Origin: a virus
Direction: 5' to 3' (one strand)
Length of the DNA: 37,556 nt
Virus record (IMG/VR): IMGVR_UViG_3300030090_005537
Coordinates: 1 to 37,556 of that record
Shown: positions 32,532 to 37,556 of the stretch, in pieces
How positions within the stretch are numbered: the stretch's first letter is position 1
Layout: each line of letters opens with the position of its first letter
Program-made: the position numbers and the translations under genes
The notes under the pieces: generated by a model
The model's database searches: none
The model's input: the letters and a program-made list of their open reading frames with translations, nothing else
What the model was told of the DNA's origin: nothing

Positions 32532-32592
32532 TTTATACCTCTATAATTATTTCCTCTATCAACTGCTTTCGCCTTCAAGTAGGAATTGTTTT

Positions 32593-33144
32593 TTAATTTC
32601 TTTTATTCTTATAAGAATCTAAAACAGCCCCCCAATTATCTTTCATGGTATCTTTGTCCATGGTTTCAAATTTATTACCCTTTGGTAAATCTGCAACACT
32701 TCGAGATTGTCCAGGAGTATGTTGTGGGTTGACAGGTTTAGAAACCTCTAATTTTTGAACTATATATTCTAAAGTTTTTAGACTCTCTGTCTGTAAACTT
32801 TCTCTATCTTCCTCTGGCAGCTTTGAAAGTAAAGATTCTCTGCGAGTAGTTTCATGAGTTTCCCATTTTTCTTTATAAGGCATAACTTCATCTAATTGCT
32901 TTTGAAGGTTCTCAGATAATTCTTGAAACTTCTCTTGCTCTTTAAGTTGCTTAACCTTTTGGGTTTCTCTTTCCTTTGCAGTATCTTGAATAGTCACTTC
33001 TGCATCCTGCGCCCTTTTACGAAGTTTTTTTGCATTCTGCACTTCTTCAAGGTAGAGGCTTTTATAATCTACATTAGCATCTTCTGATACTGATGGTTGA
33101 CTCTCCTGAGTCTCATTTACTGCTTTCTCTTGTCCTTCTGACAT
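32593..33144 (-). CDS. scaffolding protein, 183 aa
   Basis: Acidic, E/K/Q-rich coiled-coil immediately upstream of the capsid gene. Confidence 0.7.
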   Translation of the reverse strand: MSEGQEKAVNETQESQPSVSEDANVDYKSLYLEEVQNAKKLRKRAQDAEVTIQDTAKERETQKVKQLKEQEKFQELSENLQKQLDEVMPYKEKWETHETTRRESLLSKLPEEDRESLQTESLKTLEYIVQKLEVSKPVNPQHTPGQSRSVADLPKGNKFETMDKDTMKDNWGAVLDSYKNKRN

Positions 33145-33202
33145 ATTATCTCCTTTTTACGATTTTTGTTATGAAATTCTAGTAGCAAATATAAGAAGTA
33201 TT

Positions 33203-33379
33203 TTAACTTAATCCAATTAAATTTAATTTTTCTCCTGCTATATCTTCCATTTCTAAAAATATTTTAGTAGGGATTGGGAGTACTATAGATGAATCAGAGC
33301 TAATAGCTTCTACTACTAATTCTTCTAGCATTTTTTCTAATAATAGCTCTATTTTTTTTAATCTTTTATCATTATCCAT
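33203..33379 (-). CDS. 58-aa acidic micro-protein
   Basis: AAGGAG RBS; MDNDKRLKKIELLLEKMLEELVVEAISSDSSIVLPIPTKIFLEMEDIAGEKLNLIGLS; absent from the ORF track. Confidence 0.6.
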   Translation of the reverse strand: MDNDKRLKKIELLLEKMLEELVVEAISSDSSIVLPIPTKIFLEMEDIAGEKLNLIGLS

Positions 33380-33389
33380 AATGTACTCC

Positions 33390-34007
33390 TTATTTTTTCT
33401 GCTTGTCTCTGTTTTCTAAATTTTTTAATCTTTTCATAGCATCTAACCTAGCTTGTTTAAATATAACGCTGCTAGTTGATAAAGTTGAAGGCATTTTTAA
33501 TTTTGGGAAATCATGATGGTTAACTAAAGTTTTATGTAAATAAAAATCTAAAGGAACATTTTGTAAATCAGGTCCAAAGATAATTTTAAATTTTCCTCCT
33601 GAAATTTTAATTATTGGCTTTCCTATAGAATTAGCTAACTTCCCTGAAATTACACCATTAGGAGGAGCCTCTCCTGCTAAAGTAGCAGTTTTTCTACCTT
33701 GTATATTTCCATAAGGAAGGTTTTTAGCTCTATGGTAACTTCCTTGCCCAACATAAGATGCAACTACATCGTGACTTGAAGGGCTATTGTCATTAGCACC
33801 TATTCGGCTTCTTTTAGGAGCAGTTGAAAGATACTGTTTTTTAAGCGAAGCCCCTAACCTTTTTAAATATTTACTAAATGCTGTTCTTACAGCTCTTAAA
33901 ACATCAGGTCTATTAGCATTTTTATCTAGCCATTTTTTACTAGGACCAATAGCAGTTTGCTTAGTCACTTTAGGATTAAAATCATATTTAATGGTCAATT
34001 TAGCCAT
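33390..34007 (-). CDS. basic 205-aa protein after the portal gene (minor head / morphogenesis protein, by position)
   Basis: ORF track; start overlaps the portal stop. Confidence 0.65.
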   Translation of the reverse strand: MAKLTIKYDFNPKVTKQTAIGPSKKWLDKNANRPDVLRAVRTAFSKYLKRLGASLKKQYLSTAPKRSRIGANDNSPSSHDVVASYVGQGSYHRAKNLPYGNIQGRKTATLAGEAPPNGVISGKLANSIGKPIIKISGGKFKIIFGPDLQNVPLDFYLHKTLVNHHDFPKLKMPSTLSTSSVIFKQARLDAMKRLKNLENRDKQKK

Positions 34008-35274
34008 TATTAGAATTTTCGTCTATGATTTTTTTAGCCTCCTCTAAAGTGATATCCCCTTTTCTCCTCTGAAGTAGCTCTGCATTTGTTACAAAACCTT
34101 TTTCAACCTCATATTGCTCTTTTGCAATAGTTTCTTGAGTTGTAGTAGGATACTCAATCTCTCCAAACTCCACTTCAAAATTATTGTTTAACTTAACATT
34201 ATTAACTTCTGCTATAGTTTTTTCAACTTTAAATATAGCATGTTCAAGCTCTCTATATCTTTCCATATCATCTTGATAGTCAGTCATATGCTCAAAATCT
34301 TTTATAACTAAGGCTATCCCTGAAGAAGGTCGGTCTTGATTGCTGTCAAAGTTAATGCTCATATGCCTAGACTGTGCCAACATTTCTAATTGGAATTTAA
34401 TAGTGTCAACAACACCTCTTAAATCCCCTTGTGGAGAAGCGATGCCGAATGTACCTCCTTCAGGGACATTAATTATATAGTCAGGACCAACTCTTTTAAT
34501 TGGCTCATCTGAATAAACTCCTGTTGCATAAGGCTGACCAACCATTTGATAATGCAATCCTAATTGTAAGTTTGTCATTGTAATATTGATATGTTTATTA
34601 ACATTAACAATATCAGTAGCACCTTCATTAATAAAGTCATCTATTTGCTCCATATCTCTTGGAAAAACAAAAGGAAGCATGCCATATGGATTAGGTTCTT
34701 CAAAATAAATTCTCCCCTGCTCATCATATTTGCAATGAACTGTGTCATCCCAATACTCCCATTTCATATCTCCAACATAGCTAACATCTGATGTAGGCGA
34801 AAGTATTGGATACATAATTGCTAATGGTTTATTTGGGCTATACTCATCAAAGTAAACATCAAAATAATAAACAGGTTCATATTCGAAAAATGGATTTTCT
34901 TCTAAATCATTCCATACAATTCTTAAGGCAGGAGTACCAAGAAGATTAGTCATGCGTTCAACATGTTTCATTCTAACATTTTTGTTAGGAGTCAATGAGC
35001 TATATAAGAGATTCTCCTGCCCTGAGAATTTTCTAATTGCTTGTGGAACATAAACTCTAGACATTTTGTCTATAAATTTTCTAGTTATATTCATTTTGTA
35101 AATAGGTATATCTGAATAAATATCAGGAGAGAAAAAACTTTCTATATACCTTTCTGTGTTAGTTCCTGTATAAAAATTAAGTAATTCTTCAACTTCTCTT
35201 CTTCTAGCTCTTGAGTTTTGAAGTTTTAATGTTTGTATTGATTCTTTTATCGCACTCTTATAATCTATCGCCAT
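34000..35274 (-). CDS. portal protein, 424 aa
   Basis: Directly downstream of, and overlapping, terL; size and position only. Confidence 0.7.
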   Translation of the reverse strand: MAIDYKSAIKESIQTLKLQNSRARRREVEELLNFYTGTNTERYIESFFSPDIYSDIPIYKMNITRKFIDKMSRVYVPQAIRKFSGQENLLYSSLTPNKNVRMKHVERMTNLLGTPALRIVWNDLEENPFFEYEPVYYFDVYFDEYSPNKPLAIMYPILSPTSDVSYVGDMKWEYWDDTVHCKYDEQGRIYFEEPNPYGMLPFVFPRDMEQIDDFINEGATDIVNVNKHINITMTNLQLGLHYQMVGQPYATGVYSDEPIKRVGPDYIINVPEGGTFGIASPQGDLRGVVDTIKFQLEMLAQSRHMSINFDSNQDRPSSGIALVIKDFEHMTDYQDDMERYRELEHAIFKVEKTIAEVNNVKLNNNFEVEFGEIEYPTTTQETIAKEQYEVEKGFVTNAELLQRRKGDITLEEAKKIIDENSNNG

Positions 35275-36587
35275 TTACTGTTTTTCCTCTCAAATAATAA
35301 TGACTGCTGCCTAATTGGAAACCTGTTTATAAAAAAATAACGCAAAGCATCCATGCTATGGTCATGATGCCCATCTTTTATAGGCAGCTTCCTTAAATCT
35401 GTTCCTTCTTTGTGTTCAGGGTATCTATAGTTTTCCAAATCTTCACAAAGTCCTATACATTTACTTGAAACATGTAAAAACCTTTGATTTTCTGCATTTT
35501 GGATAAAACTTCTAACATGACTGATACCTGCTTCGATGTCTCTGCTTACTCTGTCCCTTACTGACCGAACCCCTATTCCATGCCTCCTAAAAATCTCAAT
35601 ATCCCCTAATCCTGACTGAGATTGCTTATTTATGCCTGCAGGGTCTCCAAAATAATTTACAACATGATATGGTTTTTTTCTAATCATTTTTGCAAGTTCA
35701 TCAGTTTTTACATTTCTCTCGTGTACAATCTCGTCAATTACATTAATATGTTGCATACCTTCTTCCAAATAAGTTTGCATCCATAAAACAGCAGGTTGCC
35801 TATATCCAAAATCGATAGTGCAATAAGTGGGAGCATTAGGGTTATACCCAATGTTGCCCACATCAAGCTCCCTATCAAAAGGATACACCCTAGCAGCAAA
35901 GGAAGTAAACTTTGAGCCATACTCTTGGTCAAAGATTTCTTGTGACATATTTCTCTTTGCTTCAAGTAGGTCTGCATCGTCAGGTCCTGAGTATGCATAT
36001 TGGTTTTCCCATGATGGCGAGTTGAACGAGTACCATTCTTCATCATCTTTTCCCCTTAAAAATAATTCATATACCCAATTATAACCTTCAGGGGTAGTGA
36101 TAAATATTGCTTTTCCTTTCCTGTCAGATAATGTTGGTCTTAAATACATCTCCCAAGTTTTCTTTTTTTGCTTGGCTGCTTCGTCTAAAACTAATAAATC
36201 CAAACCCTCACCAACTAATGATGGTGGGTTATCTGCAGATTTAGCTTCAAAAACAGAACCCCACTCAAATTCTATGTACATATCTCTGTAAGATGCTCGC
36301 CTTGTAGGCATTTGTTTTTCATTAATCATTACATTCCACACTTCTCTAAACACTTTTTCAGCAGTTTGGTAAGTAGGTGCAACGACCCAAGCTCTTTTCT
36401 TTGGTTGTGTAATGACAAGTTCTATTTCTTTAGCTGCTCCAAAAGACTTTCCCCATCTTCTACCACAAACAGCGACAATAAATCTAGGGTCTCCTGGTGG
36501 GAAGTGTAGTCTTTCTTGTCCTTTGTGAGGCTTATAGTCAGTAAACTTAAACCACTTTTCTTTAAACTTGATAATTTCTTTTTTCAT
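35265..36587 (-). CDS. terL: terminase large subunit, 440 aa
   Basis: Walker A VCGRRWGKS; Walker B LLVLDEAA; C-terminal nuclease-type acidic residues (TIDFG..., GDPAG..., HDHSMDALRY). Confidence 0.9.
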   Translation of the reverse strand: MKKEIIKFKEKWFKFTDYKPHKGQERLHFPPGDPRFIVAVCGRRWGKSFGAAKEIELVITQPKKRAWVVAPTYQTAEKVFREVWNVMINEKQMPTRRASYRDMYIEFEWGSVFEAKSADNPPSLVGEGLDLLVLDEAAKQKKKTWEMYLRPTLSDRKGKAIFITTPEGYNWVYELFLRGKDDEEWYSFNSPSWENQYAYSGPDDADLLEAKRNMSQEIFDQEYGSKFTSFAARVYPFDRELDVGNIGYNPNAPTYCTIDFGYRQPAVLWMQTYLEEGMQHINVIDEIVHERNVKTDELAKMIRKKPYHVVNYFGDPAGINKQSQSGLGDIEIFRRHGIGVRSVRDRVSRDIEAGISHVRSFIQNAENQRFLHVSSKCIGLCEDLENYRYPEHKEGTDLRKLPIKDGHHDHSMDALRYFFINRFPIRQQSLLFERKNSKWR

Positions 36588-36594
36588 TTTTCCC

Positions 36595-36630
36595 TATATA
36601 TATATATATTATATATATATTATATATATT
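36595..36630. repeat. (TA)n-rich microsatellite, about 36 bp, in the terS-terL spacer
   Basis: tatatatatatatattatatatatattatatatatt between the terL start (36587) and the hairpin. Confidence 0.9.
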
Positions 36631-36656
36631 AAACATTCCTTTACTTAGGAATGTTT
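36631..36656. other. hairpin AAACATTCC / GGAATGTTT (9 bp, 8-nt loop)
   Basis: Perfect inverted repeat abutting the TA tract; same order (TA tract then hairpin, + orientation) as at 7047-7115. Confidence 0.7.
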
Positions 36657-36668
36657 ATATGTAAAATA

Positions 36669-37364
36669 TTAAATAATATCCCTGGTATGCCCAAATTTTT
36701 CAACTTCTAGCCTTTCAAGCTTTTCTAACCACTCTTTTCTAGCACCTTTAGACTGTCTACCTGAGCCAAGTAACTCTAAACCAACTTCTTTAGCTCTTTT
36801 TCTAAGTCTGTAAGCATTGTTTAACTGTTTTTTTACTTTTTCTTTTTTAATATGCTTAATTGTACTCTCTTTTAATGTTTTTTTCTCATTTTTTTCCCTC
36901 AGACGAGGACTGCTATTAGCAATATCTCTTTCAGGTAACTCGATATCTTCCATGTCCATAACTTTATTTACTAAATCCATTTTAGATTTTTCTTGGTCAC
37001 TAATATCTACAAATTCTGCCTCATCTCCATCCATCCTCATAAATTTTTCAAAAGGACTTTCTACTTGAACTTTGATTTTTGTTTCTAATTTGCCAAAATG
37101 CTCTAAAATTAATCTACCTGCTTGCACATTTCCCATCTTTGCTTCTTCAATCATAGCTTTAATAACTGCAGGCAATTCGATACCTGAAACTTCCATATAT
37201 CTCTTGTAAATTTCATCTATAAAGTCAGGGTCTGTAAGCCAAACTTTTATAGTGCTTTTGCTAATTCCAATCTTTGAAGCTATTAATTCTTGAGTCATTG
37301 AAGGGTTGCTAGCTAGTAACTCTATTGCTAATAATTTGTTAGGTTCATATTTCTTTATATTCAT
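36669..37364 (-). CDS. terS: terminase small subunit / HTH DNA-binding protein, 231 aa
   Basis: First late gene, upstream of terL; N-terminal HTH MTQELIASKIGISKSTIKVWL; charged C-terminal half. No SD before the ATG. Confidence 0.65.
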   Translation of the reverse strand: MNIKKYEPNKLLAIELLASNPSMTQELIASKIGISKSTIKVWLTDPDFIDEIYKRYMEVSGIELPAVIKAMIEEAKMGNVQAGRLILEHFGKLETKIKVQVESPFEKFMRMDGDEAEFVDISDQEKSKMDLVNKVMDMEDIELPERDIANSSPRLREKNEKKTLKESTIKHIKKEKVKKQLNNAYRLRKRAKEVGLELLGSGRQSKGARKEWLEKLERLEVEKFGHTRDII

Positions 37365-37380
37365 AACATAAATTTATGTT
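37365..37380. promoter_or_regulatory. 16-bp perfect palindrome AACATAAATTTATGTT abutting the terS start codon
   Basis: Read directly; occupies the place where an RBS would be expected. Confidence 0.6.
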
Positions 37381-37457
37381 TTTTTAATGTTTTTATACAA
37401 GCACTTTTTTGTAAATTTGGATTAATGTTTTTTCAAACTAATTCTATGTCAGAGAGT

Positions 37458-37556
37458 ATGTTTAACGAACTGCTTGTCTACCCCCTAGAGAATAGGTAAG
37501 TTAGAGGTGTATAAGAAGGTTCATTTTTAGAGCCTGAAAAATAGTAGATAAAAACA
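37458..37556. repeat. 99-bp terminal direct repeat, right copy
   Basis: Identical to 1-99. Confidence 0.95.

Noticed and set aside
1-37556. tRNA genes, integrase/repressor lysogeny module, CRISPR arrays, toxin-antitoxin pairs
   Set aside because: I inspected all non-coding gaps longer than 60 nt and saw no cloverleaf-compatible sequence with a T-loop (GTTCGAATC-like). No tyrosine or serine recombinase motifs were seen in any ORF. Absence by eye is not proof, so tRNAscan and HMM searches should confirm this.

Overview
The window is one complete, AT-rich (about 30% G+C by eye, not computed) tailed-phage genome. Its unique length is 37457 bp, and it is bounded by an exact 99-bp terminal repeat (1-99 = 37458-37556). 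It has two arms.

Rightward arm (+, 123-12784):
- More than 35 tightly packed, mostly tiny early genes with strong Shine-Dalgarno sites. Many are under 60 aa and absent from the supplied ORF track.
- A recombination module: a Cas4-like PD-(D/E)XK exonuclease, a Rad52-like annealing protein and an SSB-like protein with a C-terminal DLPF tail.
- A mini-HTH locus, a DnaB-like helicase, a RuvC-like resolvase and a second PD-(D/E)XK (Hjc-like) nuclease.

Leftward arm (-, 37364-12819), a siphovirus-type late operon:
- terS, terL, portal, scaffold and an HK97-like capsid protein.
- An embedded lysis-like cluster: SLT-like transglycosylase, calcineurin-like metallophosphoesterase and small membrane proteins.
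- Three fibre-like proteins and two ultra-basic micro-proteins.
- Connector proteins, tail tube, G/T chaperones, tape measure, an 1188-aa tail-tip protein ending in a dockerin-like module, and two distal proteins.

I saw no integrase, repressor, tRNA, CRISPR array, reverse transcriptase or DNA polymerase.

The most unusual locus is the Cas4-like exonuclease gene, which a 732-nt insertion (7054-7785) splits into two same-frame halves. From left to right the insertion carries a (TA)n microsatellite plus hairpin, three small ORFs, and a roughly 110-nt RNA-like fold with GAAA and UUCG tetraloops. This could be a group-I-like intron or a new kind of gene-splitting cassette.

A second (TA)n-plus-hairpin composite lies in the unusual terS-terL spacer. 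All functional calls rest on motifs read by eye and on gene order. No database search was possible.
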